Assembly: GCA_043228905.1 (NCBI GenBank)
Contig: JBHGNT010000018.1
Location: 4,650,001-4,714,000, forward strand
Direction: 5' to 3'
Length of the DNA stretch: 64,000 nucleotides
From: Azolla caroliniana
Lineage: Eukaryota > Plantae > Polypodiophyta
Positions 52,601-64,000 of this stretch are shown one piece after another; position 1 is the first letter of the stretch; each line of letters opens with the position of its first letter. The position numbers and the translations under genes are program-made. The notes under the pieces were generated by a model that did not search any database, was not told where the DNA came from, and was given only the letters and a program-made list of their open reading frames with translations.

Positions 52601-55600
52601 TAGCAATTTGTCGTGCACGTAGGCCCCGGCCTCATGGAACACAACCTAAACACCCTTGTCATCGACAAATAAAAGCCATTATCTCCCGCCATCGCAGGTG
52701 CTTCCCTCGCTTCGGGGACCTTTCCATTTTGGATTGACCTATGCTCGAGATCTTTCGAAGACAAAAGTTACAATACATCTAACTTGAGAATCTCACATGT
52801 GCCGAGAACCAGTTTCCCTCATCTCTTTTTATCTTATTTACTTTTATATTTACGGAGTAATATTTATTTTATTTTATTTGTTGTTCTCAAAGATGAGACA
52901 ACGCTTAAGATGTAATCTCTTGTTTGGTCTTATAGGCCATCTTGGCCTCTTAAAAGATGTTAATATATCCTTCTTTCTTTCTCTTGATGGAAACCTCATG
53001 ATGCCAAGCAGCTATAGGACAATCATGATTGGCCATTACTTGGCTAAACTATATGGCTCGATTCTAGAATCAGAATTGAGTATATGGGCAGAATAGAATG
53101 GCTGTTGTTCAGTTGGACATGCAGGATTTCAGAAGGGGTTCACAACTTTGGATCACATATTCACCCTCTGGGCCCTTCTTGAGGAGGGCAGAGCCAAAAT
53201 AAGTATAAACTATACATTATGGACAGTAATGAGCCACTTGAAAAAAGTCCCTCACATCAACTTTCTAGAATTGAACAGCAAGCAAAAAGATCCAAAAGAC
53301 ATATAAAAGAAAAATTTCGTATACCAATTGAATGCAACAAAGAAAAATGGTTTGGAAGATGAGATGCAACACACTTCATCATGATACATCAATAGATTCC
53401 ATTGTGAATGGCCTTTTTGAAAACCAATTGTTCACATGGGAAAAATGTGATGGCTCAAGCTTCATTGTAACTAACTACAAAACCATATTCTTCGTTCAAC
53501 CGGGAAACCAACACATCAATACATTTTAGAACCCATCCCGTTGTTTGTCATCCATACCATTGCTTACAAAATAGCTCACACTCACTAAGATTGAGATAGG
53601 TTCGGGAGTTCAGATGTCACACTTTGAGACAATACTTTTCCTTTTTTCACATTTGTAGCCCACCAACCCCCTTACCATAACCACTAGAGTCTCACCCTAC
53701 TACCTCCACATTCCTCACATCATACAAGGTAGAAGATGGTCATTCTATGCCTTCAACACACAATCTTCTAGCCACAGAGAGCTACTAAGTGTACATCTCA
53801 TATGCAAGAAGCACAATTGCCCTTATCCTTGCACTCATATTGACTAGGGCCTTCCCAACACATGGATCACACATACTATCCATAGATCATGGGACCCCCT
53901 AGGCAACTATCAAACTATCATGCCTGGCCACATGCTCACCAAACTTTGAGCATTGTTGAAGTGAAACTCAGGACGAGGTCAAAGAGATATGAAGACAAGA
54001 GGGATTTAGGAGAGCCTTCTCTACCACCAACCACATCCTTTCATTATGTTGCTTGGTGGAATAGGCAAAGAATCTGCATTGCTCCTGAAGAAGGAAGTTG
54101 ATACCAAGTTGTATGTTAATAGAGCCCAAACACAATCAGTTGTTTATGCCTATTTCAGCAACTAAAACTCCCATGTAGAGCTTCCAAAATATTCTCCATT
54201 GGGCATAACAGAGAAGAGAGCAATTTAGTTACAAAAGCTACAAACTGCAGCACTCTAAAATTATTCTAAGTTAGCTTTGACACTGAATTTCGAGTTCATC
54301 AAAAGAGGTTCGTTTAAATAAAGCAAGAATTGCTCATATTTCCAAGTTTCACCTCTTCAAAAAATATCTTGCCCATTCACTTATCTGTTATTTTTAACTT
54401 TCAATCAACTATATGTATGTAGGCCCTGACCTAAACTAACTTTATAAGGTTTAGTTTAAGATTATATGAACACTCCTCTGCAGATTGGAACCCAAACCTA
54501 ATTAAACCAACCCATGCCAATCCAGGGCTCTATGGCATTGGCTGCTCCACTCTATGGACAATCAGCTCTCTTTGTCCATGCAAAGTAGTTTTTCTTGATT
54601 ATAAAATCTCCGAGAATGAAAGAGAGAGAAATGTAGTAACTTCTTTTAAGAGGCCAAAATGGCCTAAAAGACCAAACAAGAGATCACATCTTAAACATTA
54701 TCTCGTCTTTGAGAACAAACCAAAATAAATATAGTTAAACATAAGTTGCTAAAGAGATGATGGGGCTGTGGTCCAAATACCTATAGCCTTCATTTGCAGC
54801 ACATTAGCAATTTATTGTAACCCCTTTCAAGGGTCCTAGTCAAGTTCCCACTTTTGTAGTTCTTGATTGAGTCATCGCATGAGGAATGATGGATCTAGAT
54901 AACTCAAAAAGAAAATTGTAAATAATGTCATAAGAGAACCAAAATAGCACTTATTGATGATATGATGTCCCAACAAGGAATTTCCCAAAGATGGAGCTAT
55001 CATTCTTCTTGGTGACTTTAATGTACAAACTGCACAGTATCAGATTTCCTTCTGTAAAAAACTAATAGTTGAACAAGATAGATGGAGAAGAACTGGGACT
55101 ACATGAAGTTCGCAAAATAAGGAGTATACAATGGACGCAACATGTCTCTTGGCAATGGAGATTAGCATAGGGAGATGCCCATAGTTATTCCACTATGCCC
55201 TAAAACAGTTAGTATAATGATGAAGAGTTAAGGGCCAATTACATAGTGAATGGCAATTGTGATCATTTCTCACCAATAGTCTGGCATCATCTTTCACAGC
55301 CTCAAAAGAAAAGAGGTTTTTCCTAGCACATGTCGAGAAAGAAATGAGTCAATTGTTTATGACAAAAGCTAGTTTATCACAAGTTTCCTCAATAATTGGA
55401 ATGAAGCAACGATGTGAACCATTTTCTCTAAGTCTATTTAGACATTATACCGAAGAGGTCTCTAACTATGTAGGGAGGTCAGAGGAAGATTGAGATCAAC
55501 TTCGGGCACTTGGATATTCTTGTTATCGTATGAGAATGATATTGTAGCACCAGTAGGTTCTCCAGAGGGATGTTAAACAATGTTTGTGACAATAGGCTAT

Positions 55601-57494
55601 CAGTTAACCTTGCAAAAAATAAGGTTAACCATGTTTAACACTACATGCACCTGGGGTCACGCAATTACATCAGTTTTCACTCATTGGCAGGATACATTGG
55701 GGTGGCACAGTTTGCACTGGCCCAATTTTTCTATGATGAATCTTTTTGTGGCAAAATTAACCAGACGATATGCAGCTTTGGGTGGGCTAGAATCGGTTAG
55801 CCCTGCTACACTATATGGAGTTAAGGTTTGGGTCCTCGCCTAGTTCACCACAGTAGATTTGTGGCGTTTCTATGAAGGTTGAAGAGCAATGGAAAGGATA
55901 CTTGTACCATGATCTTCAGGATGAATTGAGTTAAAGCATTGGTACCCCATGTGATCATTAGAGTTGCATATGTAAGCACCACATCACATTGGAGTGGAGA
56001 CCTTGCTAGACTAGAATCTTTCATCCACAATGCTTAGATGTTTGATCAAATTTGGTGTGCCCAAAGGAGCAAATATTAGAAAGTGCACAGCCTACAATGA
56101 GATTTTATGGCCTTTCAGTCTTTTTGGAGTGGCTTCTGAACCTAAGACTAAGTCATGGATTATTGTGATCAGAGATACTTGTGAATCTTATCTCGAGAAG
56201 ATTTATAGATTTAGAAAGACTATCAACAGAAGAATCAAAACTACCCCATGGAGGTACTTGCCAACGCCAGATTACTGATTTCTTTGAGCAGATCAGCCAA
56301 AAAGACTCATGGTCAACACCACACCTGGTGGCATCTCCACAACAAACTCAAGGAAACGTGGGCAATCAAGTCATCAGCTTGATTATTCTTGACGTCCTTG
56401 CATCCACAGCTCTTCCCAATATAAATGGAAATTGCATCAAAAGATCTGGAGCATCATCATTCTATAGAGATGCGTATGGGATATGTTCCCTCCTCTTTGT
56501 ATGAATAGTCGCAGTAACATCGTCTCACTCCATTTACACAACTGTCACTGTTTGATTACTTATCCATTCCTTTCTGTGTCTAAACACCACAAGTAGAGTT
56601 TCTGTTTTTTCCTACCATCCGACACTGAAAAAGATCTTACCTGGACGTATATTTCTTTTGTCTCGTACACGATTATGATCTTTTGAAGACATTAATGTAC
56701 AGTTCATTTTCATTTCTATTTTTATAACTCACACCTCATACTATCATCATTGTCATTAATCATATGTACAATCATCATTAACTACATGTAGCATTACATT
56801 TATTTTTCTTCATTATTGGACCGGCCTTCATCATCATTGACTACTTGTACTTCTGATTCCTGGTGAAGGTTGGTTGTAGCATAATTGCTTGCTATATGGT
56901 ATGTTTTCATGCCTCCTATCCCTACTTAACCACTGATTATGCCATGCAACGTTTCTTGTTTAAACATTATATGTGAATTGTTTGATTTCTTGCTAGAAAC
57001 AAGGATATATTTCTGCAACTTTCTGAAAGGAGTCTAGTTCATCACATAATATTGCATTCAGAAGGTAAAATGGAAACTTCCCTTGCAAAGGAAAAAGGTA
57101 ACAAAACAAATATTAATAAAGCCTATCATTGGAGTAATCAATAATGAAGTTCGCTCTTCAATAAACAGTGAATTCTTGCACTGCAGCATTATGTTCGTTT
57201 GTAACCCTGGCGGATTGTTTTACCATGGCTTCTACATTATCTCACAAAACTAATTTTCTAACCCTTACCATTCTTTCTTTATCTCTATGTCTCACTCTAT
57301 TTCTGACTCCCTGCCTCTCTCTATCTATCTATCTCTCTTGGATTTGCACTTACAGTATGTTGAAGAAACGACTGGAAATCGGGCAGAGAGGCATGGAGAA
57401 GATGAGAGATCTCTGCACGTTCTCGAGGTGAAAGGCGAGGCCCAGCGAGGAGAGCTCCTTCTAAAGACTGCAGCAGCCGTCTGCGAGAAACCAT
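31683..57494 (-). CDS. NUP205: Nuclear pore complex protein NUP205, multi-exon, apparently complete (not every internal exon was verified)
   Basis: Exon 1 57354-57494 (MVSRRRLLQSLEGALL...), exon 2 47542-47637 (PPNAADRAQVLAKEVRLP...LDDQD), exon 3 45966-46040 (ALKLSDDLHLNEIE) and exon 4 45787-45891 (WSLLGREPLEILRLSLGLWFTERR) resemble plant NUP205 as I recall it. So do internal exons such as QRAWLLKLLAVELH, LPPFPEGDAKAL and YSERGDHLI. The last exon, 31683-31760, ends ...RIILALQ-TAA. Confidence 0.93.
47693..52985 (+). mobile_element. Degenerate, near full-length LINE (ORF1 remnant, APE endonuclease, RT, C-terminal CCHC, (CTT/CT)n tail) in NUP205 intron 1, antisense to the gene
   Basis: ORF1-like AWRVG...KIYLDDDL; EN motifs GSGGVAV, IILLG and TVDY; RT motifs CFVDFRKAFD, VKQGCPLSPTLF, LLYVDD and YTYLG; then HQLQIEVGRY..RICQLC. 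The 3' end reads aagatgttaatatatccttctttct. Many stops and frameshifts. Confidence 0.9.
49241..50304 (-). mobile_element. 5'-truncated LINE of a related family, nested in reverse orientation inside the LINE above
   Basis: The minus strand gives DLQKHLNALDDFC..NLAKTKVL, HQLEIENG and LGRYILELKQHRE, plus the same 3' terminus (agacgttaatatatctt). The host frame rejoins across it (KQAKK|TFHRLVR). Confidence 0.85.
52990..53200 (+). mobile_element. Second copy of a LINE RT segment (matches ~50790-50995)
   Basis: atgatgccaagca.ctata.gacaat.atgattggccattac...gaggagggcagagcc is repeated. Confidence 0.8.
54618..56700. mobile_element. Further highly degenerate LINE fragments (minus-strand 3' end at ~54618-54900; plus-strand EN/RT remnants at ~54960-56700)
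   Basis: Positions 54640-54715 resemble the reverse complement of the LINE 3' end at 52880-52960. IILLGDFN lies near 55000, GMKQRC near 55400 and ATLYGVKVW near 55805. Confidence 0.6.
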
Positions 57495-57805
57495 GGCTCC
57501 TTAAGTTAAAACGGCTGTCGTCGTCTTCCTGCCTGCCTGTCTGTCTGTCTGTCTGTCTGTCTGTGTCTCTTCTTCGTGAGGGTTTTTCCCTCCACAAACA
57601 AAAAACTCAGACAGAAACCAAAAAGAAGAAAAAAACACTAAAAATGAAATAAAAACTTTAGGAATCAAAACGTTGATGAAAAATGAAAAACTTTGGTTGG
57701 TTATATTAATAAATAAAATACATAAAGGTTTTGGTTTGGTTTATGGAGGCCTTAAAAAAGAAGATATATATGTAAATATGCAGAGCGTCTTGTGTGTGCA
57801 AGAGC

Positions 57806-57893
57806 CGGTCCAATCTTTCCTTCCCATCCTTCCTGCTCAGATCTGATCGGTCCAATCTTTCCTTCCCATCCTTCCTGCTCAGATCTGATCGGT
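57806..57893. repeat. 42-bp tandem duplication ~310 bp upstream of the NUP205 ATG
   Basis: cggtccaatctttccttcccatccttcctgctcagatctgat occurs twice. Confidence 0.9.
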
Positions 57894-59569
57894 CCTTCGT
57901 GAATCCCAGAGACGCCTTCATGATTGCAAAAGTGTAATTGATAAAGGCTCGAACCCAACCATTTAAACCATTAAGTCATGGTTTCGTGGTTCAGTGGTTC
58001 AAATCAAACCATTGTCGATTGTTAATCGTGATCCTAATGTAGGCAATATAATCTTACTCGAAGTAGGCAATATATATGATATCACTCGTAGAATCCCCCT
58101 TTAAAGGAATGATGAGTGCACGTGAATGCCAAACTTTTGTTGTTTGCTTGTAGATGTGCATGAGTGATTGTTTATATATGTATGTAAAGTTTAGTTATAC
58201 TTTTGCTTACATAGTTGTATAATCACATGTTGATCAGTGTAAATATGTGTACATGTGTACATGTGTATGTGTGTTTGTTTTGTGTGAATACACGCACATG
58301 TGTTTGTGCGTGGTTGAATGAATTACCTTGGGTGTTTGCACACCCACTTGCATTTAGGAATGAGTTTATTTAGTGTCGTAAGTGCATATTGTGTATTTGT
58401 GTGAGCAACTAACACCTCTTCACTCTTCTTACCCCAATGCATTCTCTTCCTTCCAAACCCATGTCCATATGGTTACAACACTAGCTTACCAGTGTTTGAT
58501 CCTAGCTAGGGCCGCAAGTAAATGTCTCAAGGTCCAAAGTACCTATAGACAAAGTGTCCTAAGTCTAAAGAGCCTAGGGACAAAAAGGACCTAGGCTTGT
58601 AGAATCCAAGGTTGAAAAAAGAATGTCCCTAAATTCGAAGAGCTTGGAGATGGATTCTTCGTTGTTTCCCTTCTTCGAGAATCGCTCTCACTCTTCCCAA
58701 ATGAGCATCACCCAACGGAAGGGCACTAATTTTCCCTAACCCAAAGTGCATGTTTGAATCTTGTAGCTCATTAAAACTTCTTGCTAATTTAAAAATCATT
58801 ACAGTACTCCAACTTTTCAGGTCGTAAATTGATCCTATCGCTCATCAAAACCTCTTCTTAATATAAAATTCATTACAATGCTCCAACTTTTCAGACCGAA
58901 AATTCCATTGTAAACCATGTGAATGTGGCAACAAGTTTTGTGAATGTCCTTTACATAGAAGCAAGTGCCAAAACTTGTCAAATTTTGCTTCCTTTAATAA
59001 TTACAAGTGTCTAGAAGACTAGATTGTCTCTATCATGTAATGGGATTTTGACAAGGTAATTGAAACAATAATTACGTTATTGATATGATATGTCATCGTG
59101 CATCAAACCCATGCCATGCCATCATCTAAGATTAGCAAACATATACGACAAATAACACATAATGGCAAACATGTTGCTAATCTTAAACGATCATCAAATA
59201 TAGGATCCCATCATACAAGAGAGTTACGATCGACAAGTCTATTGCTCCATGCTAGAAAATCTTATCGAGATCTCACCAATTCCTCAACCCTCCCTCCAAC
59301 TTTATAATGTGAGCCAAACATGTTGCAAACCTTTGAGTTGGGGTGTCTCTATCATATAATGGATTTTTTTTCTTGAAAAAATATTCTCCATTGGTATTAA
59401 AATTAAAGTGGCCAAAGGCAATATACAAAAACTTCTTTAGTTGTTTGCAAAGAACCATACTTCACATACATATAAAACAACATGTTTCCTATTAAAATCT
59501 CATATTCTAGCCCTTTCTTCACAAATTCAACATAAATGCATTGACCCTCATTTGGTCAGGCTAAGTCAA

Positions 59570-60960
59570 CACAAGCTTTTAGGCTGTGTGAATATGTCAA
59601 AGCATTCTGAAGGATTCCTTTGTCTTGCATCTATTAAAAAATAATACAACACCTCCTTGGCATATCCATGGTCTATATAGCCTCTTATGAGTGCATTCCA
59701 TGAGATGATATCTGAAACCATAATTACTTCTTGGCCATAACTTATGGATCCTTTAGTGCCACATGATCTCAAGTAGCAAATATAAGTAATGATTGATGGA
59801 GAGATATAAGCATGCTGCATTTTTTTTTAACAATGTAGTACCTTATCACAATTGTGAATTTCAGTATAGCCAGTGAACAATGCATTCCAAGAGACTACGA
59901 ATCGAGGTGAAAGATGATCAAAAACTACTTGAGCAATATCAAGTAATCCAAATTTTGTATACATATCAATTAGCCTATTATTGATTAAAAGATCATGCTC
60001 CAAACCCTGTTTGCAGATACCGTTGTGCACTTCTTGTCCTTTTTCTTACTACTCAAATATTTCCACATGTTTTCAAGACACAAACAAATGCCACGACATT
60101 CAGAGATATACCTTCCGAATGCATATGTGAGTGCCATATAAGAGCATCCTCCCCACGCCCATTTTTAGCATGTCCTGAAATCATTGTTTTCCAAGATAAT
60201 ATATTCTATGATGGAAGTCTTTTGAACACATCATTGAGTGCCTCTGCGAGAAAGCCACATTTCATATACATATTCAACAAGGTAGTTCCAACAATCACAT
60301 TACTTTCAAGTAACCCTTTCTTTGTTATCACCACATCCATTTCTTGGCCTTTGCTAACAACCAATGCATGCCCACATACTTTCAAGATGCAAACATTGAG
60401 AAAGATATCTTGATCTTGCATAAGTTGAACATAATTCAATGCTTATTTATCTTGGCCATTCTTTACATATCCTCTAATGAGTGAGGTCCAAAGAACCATA
60501 TTTGAAACCATAAGCTTATCAAAAACCTCTTGTGTTTTTTCAAGGAAACCACATTTGGCATACATATCAATCAAAGAACCTCCAATACAAACATCTAAAT
60601 CAAACAAGCCTTTTTCATTGATATCATCGTGAAGCTCTATCCTGTCTCAAGAACTTGCGACATAGGGCAAGCCTTGAGCAAAGACACATAAGATGGACTA
60701 AAATAATCCATTTTATGGCATCATAAGCTTGGCCACATTGAATGCATCCTGTGATGCAAGCATTCCAAGCAACAACATTCTTTGTGGGTAGTTCAGTGAA
60801 GACTTATTCAAATTTTACTAGGTCACCACATTTTGCATACATCTATACTAAACTACTTCCAAGATGGGTATTCTTTGCTAGAAAACCTCTTTGAAGAATA
60901 CGAGCATGAACCTTGATACCTTCACGAAGGTCTTTCTTCTTGGCACAAGCCTTGAGATTG
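59570..60960 (-). pseudogene. Degenerate intronless PLS-class pentatricopeptide repeat (PPR) gene
   Basis: Motifs include LIDMYTKFGLLDIAQVVFD...VVSWNALFTGY, GTTLLNMYMKCGFLAEA, GGSLIDMYAKCGFLEK..EVFD and IISWNALIRGY, with many stops and frameshifts. Confidence 0.85.
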
Positions 60961-61233
60961 AACAGAATCTCAATTATTTCTTTATGGGTCTCACATTACA
61001 TTATTTATATTCAGAACATCCATGGAAAACTAATTATTATGCAACTATCCGTTTTCCTGCCAAAACTACTCCTCTAAGTTTTCTTTCCTCAACAACTCGT
61101 AATTGTCCTCTACTTGTCATCATATCTTTACCCAAGTATTTATGTGAATAGCTTGGCATCACTAATTCCAATGGAGGGGTGTCACCTGTAACCAAGGATA
61201 CTGCCAAAAAAGAGAAATCATTATTATTCTAAG

Positions 61234-61441
61234 GAATCATCATCTTCATAACCAAGAGAGACTTCTATATTTGATGTATCATCCTCATAGATTACTAAAG
61301 ATAACTGATTTTCACAATCCATGACAACACCCGAATAGAATCATCATCTCCATAACCAAGAGAGACTTCTATTTTGATGTATCATCCTCATAGATTACTA
61401 AAGATAACTGCTTTTCACAATCCATGACAACACCCGAATAG
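61234..61441. repeat. Tandem duplication (~103 bp x2)
   Basis: gaatcatcatct.cataaccaagagagacttctat...acaacacccgaatag occurs twice. Confidence 0.85.
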
Positions 61442-63557
61442 TTAATCTGTCTCCCCTTATCCCGAGCCACCGGGTGAGGCAAGGATTGAAGGATTTGCTT
61501 ACCTTTATCCCCCAATTGATTACCTTTGTACAACACACTAGATGAAACCTCTAACTTATGATCGCTTGTAGGGGAGACCTTAGAAAGAATTTCTTTTATC
61601 GTTAGGATTTCATGATCTTGCTTTTGGGATAATGGAATTTGCACTTCAACGACTTTATCCAGCTCCCTTGAATTATTTTGAGAAGAAATATCCTGACATT
61701 CATCGTTATTCAAATTATTATACGGGTTGCAATCCAACAAAAATATTTCAAGTTATTTGATGGAATAACCATGTTGTTGATATTATATATCATCATGCAT
61801 TGATGCAAAACCATGCCATCAAAGCACATAATGAAATGATGATCATCAAGTTGTTGGCATATAAAATACATAATAAGCCAAACATAATGAAAAAAAAGGG
61901 AACATGATTGAGTAGCGAGATCATTGTAGATAAGAATTACAACCTACAAGTCTATTGTTACCCAATATAAAATCATATTAGGAACTCAACAACCCCTCAT
62001 CGTTCTCCCCACTATAAAATATATGCCAATAGCACATCTTTCTTCATGGTACCAATGGAAATAGGCTTATTGTTGATAATGGCAAATGACAACTGCCAAT
62101 TTCAAGGATATGTGGTAGGGTAACAACATATAGCTTAGTGGTGTTACGAGCATTTTTTACCAAGAGAATTTGATGGCTGCTACTCACGATCCTTGCATGA
62201 GGGATGTGTGTCATATCAACTGGTACACATGCCAATCATGGGTGAGAGAGATGGAGGAGCTATTACTTGTGAGCATGTAGGCATAATTCATCTAGATACA
62301 CATGAGACCTTTAACATTATAAAGGTCATATAAGACTTTCAGCATTACACATTTCATGTAAGTGATATTGGTAATTTGGTTATATGCTGCTATACATTCC
62401 ACATGAACCAAAAGCATTCAGCCATGTAAATCGGTCAATCAGCTGGAGCTCTCCCTCTTTGTAATTAGGTTGTACCTTCACACAAAGCCATGTTTGTCTC
62501 AATCCATGCACTAGGGTTCAAATCTCACTAATTGCACTGCTTGAGAGTAGAAGCCAATGCATGAACAAGTAATTTATCTTTCGCAAGATCCTTCTAATTA
62601 CAAGATTTAATCACATTTGCGCCTCTAATTAGAAAGAGTGGGCATGTTCCTAATCGACCGAATCAAAATCTTAATTTTGCAAATTCTTCCGTCTAATTAG
62701 AAATTTAGTACTCACACATAAGAAAAAGGAATTAAAATGTTTGCTAAAAATCTCAATGGGGCTCAAAAGTTGGGAGTACACTTGTGAATAATGTAGATAA
62801 AAGACATGGAATCTACATATATAAAACCTTCAATTATGTCATGTTGTCAATGTAGATAATATAGATACATATACATCCCAAAGTTTACATATAACAACTC
62901 AAATATATGAGACCAATGATCAATCATTCTTTTGGAAGGAAGACTACATTTTTGAGGGTAGAACCTATCTATTAATCTCACAACCGCATCCATTCATATC
63001 TTCCACCCCTCAAGGGCCTCCCCTTCGCGGGGTCAAAATTATATCTGCAAGAAAAAAGAGCTTAGGGTTTTAATTCAAAACAATCTAACTACTAAACAAA
63101 AACTAAAAAACCTATGAGCAAAACCCAAGATTGCATAGAAAGTTGGATGAAGAGCCGAAAACAAGAAGAACGAAAAACCCATATAAATTCCAGGAGGGCA
63201 TGAAAAAAGCAAACAAATGAAGATACGAGTTTTTCAGTATGTATCAAGCATTATCGTCATTTTATTTACCTTTCGATGAACTTCCGCCTCTCTTGTTGTT
63301 CTGCGCTGCGGAAAAACGCCTCGATCTCACCCAAAGATGGTATGTCATTGCCCCTATCAAAAGGAGGGGCACTGAAGGATCGAGTTTGGCTTCGACAAGA
63401 TCTCCGAGATCTCGACATTGATTCCCGAGGATCTACACTCCGGACATCACTATCAGGTGTACTCTCTTCTTGGGTTCTTCCCCTTCTCTGTTGCCTATTG
63501 GGTTATTACAGATAATGCTGAGATGTCTTTAAGTGGAAACAAGGTGCATTGGCACAA

Positions 63558-63862
63558 ACATGTTAATAAAAAGTACATAATGTGGATATGCAACAAAGTA
63601 ATGTGAAATCTGCAAGAATGCAATCGTGTAATAGATTCATCGTAATCCAATGCTCAAACGTAAGAACAGATCATGGACAATCAGAAATCGCTAACTGAGA
63701 ATTTCTTTTAACATGTTAATAAAAAGTACATAATGTGGATATGCAACAACGTAATGTGAAATCTGCAAGAATGCAATTGTGTAATATATTCATCGTAATC
63801 CAATGCTCAAACCTAAGAACAGACCATGGACCATCAGAAATCGCTAACTGAGAATTTCTTTT
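63558..63862. repeat. Tandem duplication (~153 bp x2)
   Basis: acatgttaataaaaagtacataatgtggatatgcaac...gctaactgagaatttcttt occurs twice. Confidence 0.88.
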
Positions 63863-64000
63863 TACTTGTATCTTAACTAGATGTATGATGGATTGCAATG
63901 TAGAAATGCATAGTGGGTGTTTATTTTTCCTTTTACCTATCTTTATGTTTGTTCGGCGGCCCCATCATCTCACTTTCATCACCAAACGACAGCTCGACCT

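Noticed and set aside
63239-63606. Cluster of short ORFs near the right edge as a gene
   Set aside because: No recognisable domain or consistent exon structure.

Overview
Eukaryotic land-plant nuclear DNA. A fern or other seed-free vascular plant is my guess, inferred only from the TE-filled long intron, the abundant (AG)n/(AC)n microsatellites and the PLS-type PPR remnant. The first ~19 kb is a nest of LTR retrotransposons: the 5' end of a Ty1/copia element, a near full-length Ty3/gypsy (chromovirus-like) element with a deleted 3' end, solo LTRs, a minisatellite and an L1-type remnant. Three host genes follow. (1) A three-finger Q-type C2H2/EAR repressor (21291-23261, +). (2) A four-exon gene that the ORF track splits into fragments (26988-28380, -), encoding a 215-aa stand-alone Trbp111/CsaA-like OB-fold protein with a transit-peptide-like N-terminus. 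(3) The multi-exon nucleoporin NUP205 (31683-57494, -), whose 9.7-kb first intron is filled with nested LINEs. A degenerate PPR pseudogene and short tandem duplications end the window. The most notable observations are the putative plastid-targeted tRNA-binding-fold protein, a predicted in-frame intron that would remove the gag-pol stop of the gypsy element, and duplicated or compromised splice sites in NUP205. Everything was read by eye, and the boundaries of degenerate TEs are approximate.
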